The notes: generated from the sequence alone by a model not told the origin. DNA of 64,000 nucleotides from Bacillota bacterium (GCA_050952625.1 JBMNLH010000001.1:128001-192000), one strand, 5' to 3'; shown: positions 19,987-30,108, counted from the first letter of the stretch. Numbers and translations are program-made.

Positions 19987-20823
19987 TTAATCGGCTTTCC
20001 ACCACATTACCGCGATGGTTTCGTCCATGAAATCATCACAATAGCCGTCTTGCGCTCGGTCCATGAGGAAGTCCTGGATCTTGGTTTCCACTTCCTTTCC
20101 TTCCTGGCCGAAGATTTTAAAATAGCAAGTGTAGTGTTTGAGCAGATAGGCCAAAGGTTCCCGGTACTGGTGGCGATGGCTAAAAAATTTCAGATTGGGC
20201 AGATACCCCGCTTGATAAAGGATATTAAAAGGGTACTGCACATCAAAGGCCCGGCTTTGAATTGCTTGTCCCATGATGTGTTCCCATAGTTGGTTGCGCA
20301 AGGCAAAGTTATAAGGGCCCGCAAAAGTGACCAAACAGCAGAAGCGTCGCGCGACCTGGTTCATTTTCATCAGACTCGGGTAATCATGGATGGCCGGGGT
20401 TTTGGCGGCAAACACCAAATCATAAGTTGGTTCACTCGGAAATTCGCGCCAATCAATCGGCGCAATCTCTAGACGATCCTCAACGCCGCAGTGCCGCGCT
20501 TCTTTTTGTAGTATCTCCAGCATCGGCTCAGATAGATCCAAGCCGGTAACCTGCTTGGCCTGCGCCGCTAAAGCCAGCGTGTAGGTCCCCGGGCCGCACC
20601 CGATATCCAGGACCCGGCTTTCTGGATTAACAACCCCTTCATTAAACAGGTACTTGACCACGGCATCCGCTGCCGGCCGGGACTGCCGATTTCTCAGGGC
20701 ATAGTGTTCGGCAAAAAGGTCCCAAAAATCCCGCCAGCCCTGCTCATTGTGGTAACCTGACCCCAGGGAGGAAGTGCGCCGCGCTTCCTGCCAGGTTTTG
20801 GCCCAAAACTGTGCGTCATACAC
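19987..20823 (-). CDS. Class I SAM-dependent methyltransferase
   Basis: VLDIGCGPG motif I, TGLDLS. Confidence 0.88.
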   Translation of the reverse strand: MYDAQFWAKTWQEARRTSSLGSGYHNEQGWRDFWDLFAEHYALRNRQSRPAADAVVKYLFNEGVVNPESRVLDIGCGPGTYTLALAAQAKQVTGLDLSEPMLEILQKEARHCGVEDRLEIAPIDWREFPSEPTYDLVFAAKTPAIHDYPSLMKMNQVARRFCCLVTFAGPYNFALRNQLWEHIMGQAIQSRAFDVQYPFNILYQAGYLPNLKFFSHRHQYREPLAYLLKHYTCYFKIFGQEGKEVETKIQDFLMDRAQDGYCDDFMDETIAVMWWKAD

Positions 20824-20826
20824 TGT

Positions 20827-22461
20827 TTACTGCACCTGCCTTAAACTAAACCAGGTTCCCTCGTTCAAAAAACCATACATTGGATCAACCTGCCAGCCTT
20901 CAAACCGGGTATTGTACGGCTGAATCAAGGTGTTCCAGTACAAGGGGATGACCGGAAGCCGCTCCGCTATATATCGCTGGTAAGCGGCGGCTTCTTTTTT
21001 GTATTGTTCTTGATCCAGGGTTAGGATCATTTTATCCACCAAGGCCTGGAAAGCCGGATCCGTCACCATGCACCAGCCGATATTCCGGGCATCTAGATAA
21101 CCGGAGCCATAACCGCCCCACATCATCATGCCCCAGGCGGTAGTTCGGGTCAGCAGGCTGACGTGTGATCGCTCCACGTCGCTGATCGTTCGGAACACGG
21201 TGGTGTCAACCACTTTGACGTTTAACTTAACCCCGACTGCTGCCAGGTTCTGCTTTAATAAGTCGGCAATTCGCGCATTCTCCGCGATATCATTCCGGAC
21301 CACAATCTCCAGTTCAAGTGGCTGTCCGTCTTTTTCCCGGACACCATCCTGGTTGCGGTCCTGGTAACCCAGTTCATCCAGGATTTGCTTCGCTTGGTCC
21401 GGCGCGTACGTTAATTGGCGGGTTTCGATGAAACCGGGCGTCCCCTGGGGCACAAAACCAGCCTGAGGAATCGAGCCATAGCCAGCCCCAAACAGGCGGA
21501 GCATTTCTGGATAATCAATGGCGTAGCTCAGGGCTTCTCTAAACCGGGGGCTATCGACCGGTGGTTTCTGAGTATTAAAAAAAAGCGCATTGGGAATCCC
21601 CTGGTTTTCTATTAGGTGCAGCTTTATATCCTGACTCTGGGTCAGATTAGCCGCGTATAACGGGTCGGTCCCGGCCGCGTAGAAGTAGGGCAGATCGATT
21701 TCTCCTTTTTGCAAGGCCAGGTACATCGTATCCGGGTTTTTGAATAAACGGAATTTTATTTGTTGAATATTAGGGGTCCCGCGGTAGTAGTTTTCGTTGG
21801 CCCGAAAAGTGAGAACCCCGGCTGCTTCGTCAAAACTTTCGAAAATATAGGGTCCGCAGCCAATGGTTGCTTGTTTGTCGTTAAACTCCTTTGGTTTATC
21901 AATGCTGGCAAAGATATGTTTGGGGAGGGTCCGCAGGACCACCAGGTTGGCCAGGATCCGCGCATTTGGCTCGCTAAGTTTCACAATTACCGTTTGGTCA
22001 TCAGGGGCCTCCACGGTCTCAATCTGCTGAAAGTGACTCTGGTAAACCGGTATTTTGGCCGGCAGGTACTCTAAACTAAACGCCACGTCCGCCGCGGTTA
22101 CCGGCTGACCATCGTGCCAGGTAATCCCCGGCTTCAGCTTAAAGGTCCAGATTTGGGCATCCTGGCTTTCCCAGGATTCCGCCAGAGCCCCGGTATAATT
22201 GCCCGGCTCATCAAAGGCCACCAATCCCAGGTGAGTCAGGGCCCCCCGCATAATCCCAAAATAGTAATCATCAATATTTATCCCTTTTACATCCATGGTG
22301 GTGCCAATGGTTAAAGTTGAGACTGAGTTCGCGTTTGGTTCTTGATCGGCCCGAAACAAACTGTAGCCGGGCAGAACCAGGATCAGGCCGAGCAACAAAG
22401 AAAAAACAACCACCCGGCACAAATGTTTAACGTTACGTATCTGGTTGATGAACAGTTGCAT
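20827..22461 (-). CDS. ABC transporter substrate-binding protein, family 5 (nickel/peptide)
   Basis: LAESWE..WTFKLKPGITWHDGQPVTAADV signature; RBS aaggagg. Confidence 0.9.
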   Translation of the reverse strand: MQLFINQIRNVKHLCRVVVFSLLLGLILVLPGYSLFRADQEPNANSVSTLTIGTTMDVKGINIDDYYFGIMRGALTHLGLVAFDEPGNYTGALAESWESQDAQIWTFKLKPGITWHDGQPVTAADVAFSLEYLPAKIPVYQSHFQQIETVEAPDDQTVIVKLSEPNARILANLVVLRTLPKHIFASIDKPKEFNDKQATIGCGPYIFESFDEAAGVLTFRANENYYRGTPNIQQIKFRLFKNPDTMYLALQKGEIDLPYFYAAGTDPLYAANLTQSQDIKLHLIENQGIPNALFFNTQKPPVDSPRFREALSYAIDYPEMLRLFGAGYGSIPQAGFVPQGTPGFIETRQLTYAPDQAKQILDELGYQDRNQDGVREKDGQPLELEIVVRNDIAENARIADLLKQNLAAVGVKLNVKVVDTTVFRTISDVERSHVSLLTRTTAWGMMMWGGYGSGYLDARNIGWCMVTDPAFQALVDKMILTLDQEQYKKEAAAYQRYIAERLPVIPLYWNTLIQPYNTRFEGWQVDPMYGFLNEGTWFSLRQVQ

Positions 22462-22496
22462 GGAATTCCTCCTTCATTACCACGCTGCCACAACCA

Positions 22497-22635
22497 CAGG
22501 GACGGTTCTTATGGCTGGCAAACAAAATGCTGCCCCGGCTGCCGCGGGGACGGTTCCTGTGGTTGGCAAACAACGATTTTTGTGACTGACAAACAACGAT
22601 TCTTATGGTAGACAAACAACAATTCCTATGGCCTG
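22497..22635. repeat. About five degenerate ~23-bp tandem units (GACGGTTCTTATGG..GGCAAACAA), REP-like
   Basis: Direct inspection; the related core GGGACGGTTCTT recurs at about 55204. Confidence 0.6.
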
Positions 22636-22812
22636 AAAATAAGAACATATCATTAAAGTAATTTAAAAAAGAAGAGGATGTGAAAAAAGGTTAAAAAACG
22701 GATTCAGATCAACTAATTATCTGGGTTAACGAGTTTATTTGGGGTTAACTAATCTATCTGGCGCACTAGTCTGTTTGCTCATTTATGTATTGATAATGTT
22801 TTACGTATTGGA

Positions 22813-23610
22813 TTAACTAATTGTCTGGGGCACTAAGCTGGGCCGTGGCTGAATTAAACCAGGTCCCGGTGAAAGCTGCCACTGTTTATTGGATTTAGCC
22901 AAAACTGTGGACGGTTCACCAACTGCCACAATTTGTCCGGCCTGGATCAAGGCAACTCGGTCGCAGCAAGACTTGATTACGGAAGGGTCATGCGAGATTA
23001 ACAAAATACTGATGCCCCGTTCTTGCTGCAATACTTTTAACAGCCTCAGTATTTGTGCTTGAACCGAGACATCCAGCATAGACGTGGGTTCATCAGCAAT
23101 AATGATTTCCGGTTCCATGCCTAATGACCGAGCAATTATTACCCTTTGAGCTTGACCGCCGGATATTTGGCGGGGATAACGTTCTAACACCTCCTCGGAT
23201 AAATTAGTCAAAGCCATTAAATCGGCCGCTTTTGCTCTGGCTTGCTCACGTGTTTTCACTAAGCCGTGCCTAAACCACGGCTCGGTCAGGGATTCCCAGA
23301 CCGTTCGGCGCGGATTAAGGGCTAAGGTTGGCTGCTGGAAGATCAACTGTATTTTCTGCCGGTAGGGTTGAAAACGGTTAAGCGGCAGGGCCGTTAAATC
23401 AGTGCCTTGATAAATAACCCGGCCGGCCGATGGTTCCAGCAATCGAACCAAGAGCCGGGCAAGCGTCGATTTGCCGCTACCGCTGTTCCCAATAAGGCCA
23501 AAGGCTTCACCCGGCCTGAGCGTAAAACTCACATCGTTAACTGCTTGAACCGTCGTTGTTTTAAACAAGCCGCTTTTAAACTTTTTGGTCAGATTCTCCA
23601 CGACCAGCAC
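22813..23610 (-). CDS. ABC transporter ATP-binding protein (OppF/NikE-like)
   Basis: GNSGSGKST, ISGGQAQR, ADEPTSMLD. Confidence 0.9.
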   Translation of the reverse strand: MLVVENLTKKFKSGLFKTTTVQAVNDVSFTLRPGEAFGLIGNSGSGKSTLARLLVRLLEPSAGRVIYQGTDLTALPLNRFQPYRQKIQLIFQQPTLALNPRRTVWESLTEPWFRHGLVKTREQARAKAADLMALTNLSEEVLERYPRQISGGQAQRVIIARSLGMEPEIIIADEPTSMLDVSVQAQILRLLKVLQQERGISILLISHDPSVIKSCCDRVALIQAGQIVAVGEPSTVLAKSNKQWQLSPGPGLIQPRPSLVPQTIS

Positions 23611-24568
23611 AAAAACACCTCACCATAGATTGGTTATTAATAGACTGGTTTTTTATAGTCTGGTTTTTCCTGATTAATTCAGGATGTTCCTGTTGACAGA
23701 TAGCTTGAGCTAGACTACATCTAGGATGAAAACGGCAGCCGCGCAGATCCTCGGTAAGACTGGGCGACAAGCCAGGGATGGGGGTCATCCCCTGATCTGG
23801 ATGTGCCGCCAGCAGACCGGCTGTATAGGGGTGCCGCGGTGTATTTAAGATGCTGGCCTGCGGGCCAGTCTCCACAATCTCACCGGCGTACATGACCATC
23901 ACTTCATCGCAGCGCGCCGCCACATCCAGGTCGTGAGTTATCAGCAGCAGGGCGCAGTCCCGGTAAAGCGAAGTGATCAGGTCCAGATACTTATTCCGTA
24001 ACGCCACATCCAGTCCCCGTGTTGGTTCATCCGCTACCACCAGCCGAGGGTTGCCGGCTAAACCGATGGCTAGCAGCACTCGTTGGGCCATCCCCCCGGA
24101 GAGTTCATGGGGGTACCGGTGAATAAGCGTTGACGGCTCTGGCAAGCCGACTTTTTCCAACAACTCAAGGACTCGCGCCTTCCTGAGTTTTTTTTCCGCT
24201 AAACCACACCGGCGGACCGCTTCGTCTACTTGGTATCCAATGCTCAACACCGGGTTCAGGCAATCCAGCGGATTCTGAGGAATCAGGACCAGGTCCTGCC
24301 CCCGTAAACCAGCCATTTCTTTATTGGATAAGCGGAGCAAATCAGCACCGGCATAAAAGATTTTTCCCTGAACTAGCGCGCCCGGAGGCAATAGACGAAA
24401 AATAGCCAGCGACAGAACGGATTTGCCACTGCCGCTCTCGCCCAGAATGGCCACCTTGCTGTTCGCTTTTAGATCAAAGCTTACGGTGTTTAATGCTTTA
24501 ACTGGTTGGCTTGGGGCTGGAAATACAATTTGCAATTCTTGGACCTTTAATAGCTGCTGCTCAATCAT
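23576..24568 (-). CDS. ABC transporter ATP-binding protein (OppD/NikD-like)
   Basis: GESGSGKS, LSGGMAQR, HPYT, GCRFHPRC. Confidence 0.9.
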   Translation of the reverse strand: MIEQQLLKVQELQIVFPAPSQPVKALNTVSFDLKANSKVAILGESGSGKSVLSLAIFRLLPPGALVQGKIFYAGADLLRLSNKEMAGLRGQDLVLIPQNPLDCLNPVLSIGYQVDEAVRRCGLAEKKLRKARVLELLEKVGLPEPSTLIHRYPHELSGGMAQRVLLAIGLAGNPRLVVADEPTRGLDVALRNKYLDLITSLYRDCALLLITHDLDVAARCDEVMVMYAGEIVETGPQASILNTPRHPYTAGLLAAHPDQGMTPIPGLSPSLTEDLRGCRFHPRCSLAQAICQQEHPELIRKNQTIKNQSINNQSMVRCFCAGRGESDQKV

Positions 24569-24681
24569 AAATTTAACAATGCTTTGAGTTTAGATTTGAA
24601 TCGCTCTGCAGAATACAATTAGGTACGCAGAATTAAATTAGGTACGTTGAAATAAAGGCGTTTAAAAAGGCGCGTTGACGC

Positions 24682-24709
24682 GTAACACGAAATTTCATTT
24701 TTGTGATAC
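24682..24709. promoter_or_regulatory. NikR-like palindromic operator
   Basis: GTAACAC-N14-GTGATAC, 28 bp, the same geometry as GTATGA-N16-TCATAC, upstream of the ABC operon. Confidence 0.5.
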
Positions 24710-25156
24710 GCGGTCTGTCATTAATGATTCGTTACCGGATAATAAAATCCTGCTTGCCTTAAGCAATTTAGTTAAAAAATTTTTTCAGCCTTTCTGTTGT
24801 GACCGCGCTGGAGGACAAAAAATCCTACTTCGGTGGCTTTGTGCCGGTTCTTTGCGTCTTAACAGGTCGAATCATGAGAGAAATTTTCGGCAGGGGCGAC
24901 AGACCTTGTGCCGGTTCTTTGCGTTCCAGCAAGTGCTGGACAAAAGATATTAAGTCGGTGGTCTTGCTACACCCTTTATGGCGCGGGTTTCGATCACAGG
25001 GAAAATTTGCGAGTAAGCTATTGGACAGGAGAACACCTTTCACAGCATGGGTTCCGATCACCATAATCGACTGTTAAATGCTCTATAGGCTTAAACAAAG
25101 AAGCCCCCACCTATAGAAGTGGGAGTCTTTTGATTCAGATCAAAAATCTCTAAATT

Positions 25157-25270
25157 ATAACCTTGCGGATCTAAACCTTACGGATTTAAACCTTACGAAT
25201 TTAAACCTTACGGATTTAAACCTTACGGATCTAAAACCTCGCAGATCTAAAGCTTTACGGATCTATAACC
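25157..25270. repeat. 15-16 bp tandem repeat (TAAACCTTACGGATY), about 7 copies
   Basis: Direct inspection; the unit overlaps the stop region of the LysM gene. Confidence 0.85.
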
Positions 25271-26358
25271 TCACTAACTGTGCCAAACTGATAACCGCGT
25301 CGGGTAATTTCTTCGATTAAGCCGGGCAAAGCCTGAGGCGTATCCGGCGCGGCATTGTGCATTAAGATAATAGCCCCATTTTTCAAGTTGTCGAGCACTC
25401 TTCGGGTAACCGCCTCCGGTCCCGGGTTTTGCCAATCGAGGGAATCGACGGTCCACATAATTGTCGAGTACCCCAGTTCAGACGCAACATTGAGTAAGGT
25501 CTGATTGTACTCACCGAAAGGCGGCCTGAAGAGTTTAGCCGAGCTCCCGGTTACTGCATTGATGGCTTGTTCTGCCTCGGTTATCTGCTGCCGCATCTCA
25601 GCGGCGGTCAGTTCGGTCATGTGCGCATGAGTCTGGGCATGGTTGCCGATTTCATGCCCGGCGTTATTGATGGCCCTTAATAAGTCAGGGTAATTCTGGG
25701 CCCAGATGCCAGAGATAAACCAGGTTGCTCTAATCCCGTTCTGACGCAGAATATTTAAGAGTGCTTCAGTCTGGTTATCGCCATAGGTAGCATCAAAAGT
25801 AAAAGCAATCATCGCTTTATCAGCATTGCCCTGAAAGATTGCGGTGGCTGGCGGGGCCGTTGGAATGATGATCTGTTGGCCGACGCGCAGGTTGTTGGGG
25901 TCGATACCCGGATTTGCTCTGAGAATTGCCTCGACGCTGGTGCCGTAACGCCGGGCAAGAGCGTACAGGGTATCACCAGCTCTGATGGTATAGCGAATTT
26001 CTCCTGGGGGCACCTCCGGAACGGTCGCACTGGCTGGCAGCAGCAATTGCTGGCCGGGGTAGATCAGGTTAGGATTCGATATTCTATTTAATTGGACAAT
26101 CTCATTCACCGTCACCCCAGTTCTTCTGGCAATGGCGTACAGAGTATCCCCTGGCTGCACGATGTAGGTCTTTAGTCCCGGCGGTGTCGGTGGCGGCTCG
26201 GTTTCTCTGACGGTTATCAGAAGCCTTTGTCCGGGGTAGATTAAATCGGGGTTAGTTAGTCTATTCTGGCTAATTATGGACTGGGGCGTTACCCCATAAC
26301 GCCGGGCAATATCATAAACCGTGTCTCCGGGCTGGACAAAATAGACAATAATAGGCAT
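25255..26358 (-). CDS. Three LysM domains plus polysaccharide deacetylase (NodB)
   Basis: YxVxxGDT repeated three times; FTFDA, HEIGNH..H, FRPPFG, WTVDSLDW, ILMH. Confidence 0.92.
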   Translation of the reverse strand: MPIIVYFVQPGDTVYDIARRYGVTPQSIISQNRLTNPDLIYPGQRLLITVRETEPPPTPPGLKTYIVQPGDTLYAIARRTGVTVNEIVQLNRISNPNLIYPGQQLLLPASATVPEVPPGEIRYTIRAGDTLYALARRYGTSVEAILRANPGIDPNNLRVGQQIIIPTAPPATAIFQGNADKAMIAFTFDATYGDNQTEALLNILRQNGIRATWFISGIWAQNYPDLLRAINNAGHEIGNHAQTHAHMTELTAAEMRQQITEAEQAINAVTGSSAKLFRPPFGEYNQTLLNVASELGYSTIMWTVDSLDWQNPGPEAVTRRVLDNLKNGAIILMHNAAPDTPQALPGLIEEITRRGYQFGTVSEVIDP

Positions 26359-26488
26359 GGGAAATCCACCCTTCTTTTGGTGATCTTAGGTCATTATATG
26401 TGTAAGAAACCTCGGGGGTGTTTTAATTTGGTTCTTTAATAGAATAGCTTTCGGTGCAGAGCGGGAAATGCTGCTGGCGGGGAGGGAT

Positions 26489-26773
26489 TTAGGAGTATTT
26501 TAAACCTAGCTGTTTATTAATCATATCCACTCCTTTTTTTAAATGCTGGATTTGTTGATAAATAGTCAAATCGTCATCAGCTTTTCTTTTTTCCTTTTTA
26601 GCTTGCAGGTTTTGTTCTTGGGCAGCAATGGTCAACATGATGCCTCCTATGGCGACAATGAAGTTTCCGATAACATTAAGATCATCAGCGTCCTCTCCTT
26701 TAGATATTAACAGTGCAATGATTAAGCTAAGTATGGCTAATTTTTCCGGACTCAGGCAAGTTAGGGATAACAT
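26489..26773 (-). CDS. Small hypothetical membrane protein
   Basis: RBS aggag; LNVIGNFIVAIGGIMLTIAAQ-type helix common in spore-forming Firmicutes. Confidence 0.6.
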   Translation of the reverse strand: MLSLTCLSPEKLAILSLIIALLISKGEDADDLNVIGNFIVAIGGIMLTIAAQEQNLQAKKEKRKADDDLTIYQQIQHLKKGVDMINKQLGLKYS

Positions 26774-27070
26774 TTATACCAACTCCTATAAAGGAATATG
26801 TTTTTTAGCGGATATGCCTAAAGCAATATATTCAACGGTTCTTTTTATTGTTCCGGCTACAACATCGGGTAACAGTCAGTTAGACCCGGCTCAGATGAAA
26901 ATTGATACACTTTCAACATGGGTGAACCACCTAGGTGATTATGGAGCTTGTTAATTAGTCAAAAAAACCAATGAGGCAGAAAAGCGCGGTGAAAGTAGCC
27001 ATGGATGTCGTAATCGAACAGACTAAGCTAATGTGTCCAGAACGATTTACGGTTATAATACCACGATAAA

Positions 27071-27436
27071 ATGGAAAACCAAATCATCCAGATCATTAGC
27101 TACAATCTTTTGGCCGTCCTGATTCCGGCCTTGGTCGCTCTAGCTGTCGAGTACCTGCGCCGGAAGCTGGGTGTTGAAAAGCTAAAGCAGATTCAGGAGG
27201 AGTTGGCGGCAAAGCAGGAGTTGGCCTTATTGGCAGTCCGCTTTGTGGAGCAAGTTTACGTCGATCTGCGTGGACCGGCCAAATATCAAGCCGCAGCGGA
27301 GTGGATGGAAGCTAGAGCCAGGGAAAGGGGATTAAAACTTACGGCTGATGAGGTTAAGGGTTTGGTGGAAGCAGCCCTCCGGCAACTGAAGGATAGTTTC
27401 GGTGCGGAGTGGTCAAATGCGGCTAGTAGGAGGTAA
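27071..27436 (+). CDS. Phage holin, LL-H family (prophage remnant)
   Basis: Single N-terminal TM helix followed by AVRFVEQVY...G.AKY..A...VEAA. Confidence 0.75.
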   Translation: MENQIIQIISYNLLAVLIPALVALAVEYLRRKLGVEKLKQIQEELAAKQELALLAVRFVEQVYVDLRGPAKYQAAAEWMEARARERGLKLTADEVKGLVEAALRQLKDSFGAEWSNAASRR

Positions 27437-27595
27437 TCCTTTGGGTTATGATGATAGGGATAATTTTCTAAACACTGGGGTGTAAAGTAGGTTACATGAC
27501 CGCTTACTATTGGATTTCCGAAAAATGGATGGCACAAAATGGGCACCAGTTCAAACAAAACAGCCTCCGGGCAAACTCCGGAGGCCTTGATATTC

Positions 27596-27630
27596 GTGGA
27601 GCTGATGGGGGGATTCGAACCCCCGACCTG
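27596..27630 (-). mobile_element. Duplicated 3' end of tRNA-Thr (att site), 35 bp identical to 29255-29289
   Basis: gtggagctgatggggggattcgaacccccgacctg is present twice. Confidence 0.9.
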
Positions 27631-27776
27631 TTGCACGAAGAGATGCTTTTATATTGCAAGAAAATTCTTGTGAATATCTTTTTATAGTAATATCTTCTAT
27701 GTTAATTGTAAGTATGCTGGTTTTGCTTTGATCAAGTACCGTTTTGGATGAATCGTCGGCCGAATTCGGATATAGT

Positions 27777-28502
27777 CTACAACAAGCCTTTTTCACGAGC
27801 AAGCTTAAGCCATACTGGGAATTCATTTAGTAATCTCTCGTATAATATTTCTTCAGAGATTTGATCTAAGTCGTTAAGGTGGAAAAAATTTGCGTTATCA
27901 ATAAATCTTCCTGTTAATTCATCTAACCTTTGTAGAAAGGGAAACTCCTCATTTCCAATTCCAACAAATTGCCAGAATATAGGCAACTTAGATGCCTCTT
28001 TAATTACGTTTGTAGCATTTCGCCGGTCAGAGTTGTTCCCGTCTGTAATAAAAATAACAAAGACAGGCTCGGTTGCAAAAACTGGTTTTTCAACTTTTAC
28101 TTCATTGTTGATAATCGATGAGGGGAAATATTTATGTACAATTCTTTTCATTACTCCCGCATATTCAGTGCGACCAAATTTGTATTTTTGGTAAATCTCC
28201 TTATCAATGTAATCATAAAAATTATTTTCGTCAATACAGCCAATCTCATGGTCTTCGTGACTAAAAAGGAAGACTTCGATGCTTCCATCGTCATCAAACT
28301 GAGAAGCTAGAGCAAGTAAGCGGTCGCTGGTTCTTTGAACTACTCCGTTTTTGTATAGGTTTCTCATTGAACCGGAATAATCCAATGCTAATGCTACCTT
28401 AGCTTTTTGACCACCAAGTTTGGCTTTTTTTACAGACAGAGAGGCTTTTTTCTTGAGGTTAATTAAGTTTTGCTTGGCTTGTTTTTCTAAGTTTATGCTC
28501 AT
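27777..28502 (-). CDS. vWA domain protein (TerF-associated vWA type)
   Basis: MIDAS DYSGSM, FDDDG, FITDG, PIFWQFVGIG, RFIDNANFF. Confidence 0.85.
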   Translation of the reverse strand: MSINLEKQAKQNLINLKKKASLSVKKAKLGGQKAKVALALDYSGSMRNLYKNGVVQRTSDRLLALASQFDDDGSIEVFLFSHEDHEIGCIDENNFYDYIDKEIYQKYKFGRTEYAGVMKRIVHKYFPSSIINNEVKVEKPVFATEPVFVIFITDGNNSDRRNATNVIKEASKLPIFWQFVGIGNEEFPFLQRLDELTGRFIDNANFFHLNDLDQISEEILYERLLNEFPVWLKLAREKGLL

Positions 28503-28628
28503 TCAAATACCACCTTTCATATAAGCATAAATACATATCCAACAAATTGACTTATTTTGTTTCCATCCCTTATCTTTCATACCGGAATATAAATTAAAAC
28601 CATCTATGTAAGCTATCAATCTTTGCAT
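28503..28628 (-). pseudogene. NYN/DUF88 (PIN-like) nuclease N-terminal fragment
   Basis: MQRLIAYIDGFNLYSG motif, then truncated. Confidence 0.55.
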
Positions 28629-29255
28629 GAATTTTCTAATCCCTTTTCCTTGACAATATGTAGACTGATGAATAAAATAAAAAGAGAACAGCACCAGCAA
28701 TAGCATTGCTGGTTTGACGCTCCTTTTTTATGGAAGGGGCGTTTCATCTTTTAATCATGATTAATATGATAAATATGCTTGTTTTGATCATTTCCAAGTG
28801 TAGTAGGAGTGAGGGGAGCCCAAACTTTTATTAAGTAAATCCGCAGATTCTGCACCTAATCTTTATTATATTACATTATATTTCAATTATCGAGTACTTT
28901 TAAGATTCGTGCCACAGATTCAGGTTTATTCATTTGCCCCTATAAAGCCTTTTCAATAAAAAAGGGCATAGAAAAAGCCCTGAGAACAAATGTCTCAAGG
29001 CTGAGAATAATTCAAATTTAGCAATAACCAAGGTTTAAGACCTTCACTATATATTCCATATAATTCCCTTTGCATTTTATTCTCAAATCAGTTTTGAAAG
29101 CAAGAATTTAATATCGGGCACAATATGGGCACAAAAAACAATTTAGCTCAGGTCAAACTAGGCCTCCGGTCAAGCTTCCAGATGTTACCTTTTAAATTAT
29201 AATCACTAATGGCAAGGAATTCCAATCCTGGAACCCTTGCCATTTCTAACTAAAG

Positions 29256-29330
29256 TGGAGCTGATGGGGGGATTCGAACCCCCGACCTGCTCATTACGAG
29301 TGAGCTGCTCTACCCCTGAGCCACATCAGC
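29256..29330 (-). tRNA. tRNA-Thr (anticodon CGT)
   Basis: GCTGATGTGGCTCAGGGGTAGAGCAGCTCACTCGTAATGAGCAGGTCGGGGGTTCGAATCCCCCCATCAGCTCCA; cloverleaf with encoded CCA. Confidence 0.96.
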
Positions 29331-29502
29331 AGATAATCCATTTTGATTTGCTTCGTATCAGACGTACTATATTATAATGCATAGATAAGCTAGTTGGCAA
29401 GTACTCTGAAGACAACCCAGGGCTGGAGCATCAAAATTAAATTGGACCAGAGAAAAGGTGGTTACCCGGAGGTACCACCTCGATAAGGCTTAGATTCGTC
29501 GC

Positions 29503-29742
29503 TTATCTTTCTTCCCTTGTTGTTGTTTCTCTTGTCTCAACCCGATTATCTCTAAACAGCGGGATCAGAGAATAAAGTCCAGCCAGACCTACCAAAGTAT
29601 AGATGATCCGACTGGCCATGGCAGATTGACTGCCAAAAAGGGCGGCTATTAAATCGTATTGGAAAAGACCAACAAGCCCCCAGTTAAGAGCACCAATAAT
29701 TACGAGAATGAGTGCCGTTTTATCAATGGCAGAATTATTCAT
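29503..29742 (-). CDS. DUF378 family small membrane protein
   Basis: LVIIGALNWGLVGLFQYDL...IYTLVGLAG; RBS aaggaggtgg before ATG 29742. Confidence 0.88.
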   Translation of the reverse strand: MNNSAIDKTALILVIIGALNWGLVGLFQYDLIAALFGSQSAMASRIIYTLVGLAGLYSLIPLFRDNRVETRETTTREER

Positions 29743-29841
29743 GATTCCACCTCCTTTCATTTTTTCTATTATTACCAGCAAGAGGCGGTGGAATACATGA
29801 AATATAAGCATCCGGCTTTAGACTGTTGCTATTAGACGGTT

Positions 29842-29958
29842 CTAAGGTTTCTGTTTAGTACCAAAAATACTCATGGCCACATTATCGTAAACAACATAAA
29901 GCAGGGTTCCGCCAATGAGTAAAATGAGACCGAGGGCAATTAGCTTGGTTATTGCCAT
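29842..29958 (-). CDS. Small 38-aa membrane protein not in the ORF track (MAITKLIALGLILLIGGTLLYVVYDNVAMSIFGTKQKP)
   Basis: G-rich RBS, ATG, one TM helix. Confidence 0.55.
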   Translation of the reverse strand: MAITKLIALGLILLIGGTLLYVVYDNVAMSIFGTKQKP

Positions 29959-30108
29959 ACGGTTCCCCCCAAAATATAAGAGTAATAAGCTACCTTATTA
30001 AGCAACGATATATATCCCTTTTTTTAATTTATTATCTACTAAAAATAATATCTTTAATCATCACCCAAGCGAATCAGGTTTTCGACTCAGAATTAGCAAG
30101 ATTTAGAA

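Noticed and set aside
24675-25077. Cobalamin or NiCo riboswitch, or protein-coding ORFs, upstream of the ABC operon
   Set aside because: No B12-box or NiCo consensus found; the ORFs overlap repeats and lack RBS or recognisable motifs.
27596-27630. Second tRNA gene
   Set aside because: Only the 3' 35 bp is present (no D or anticodon arm); treated as an att duplication.
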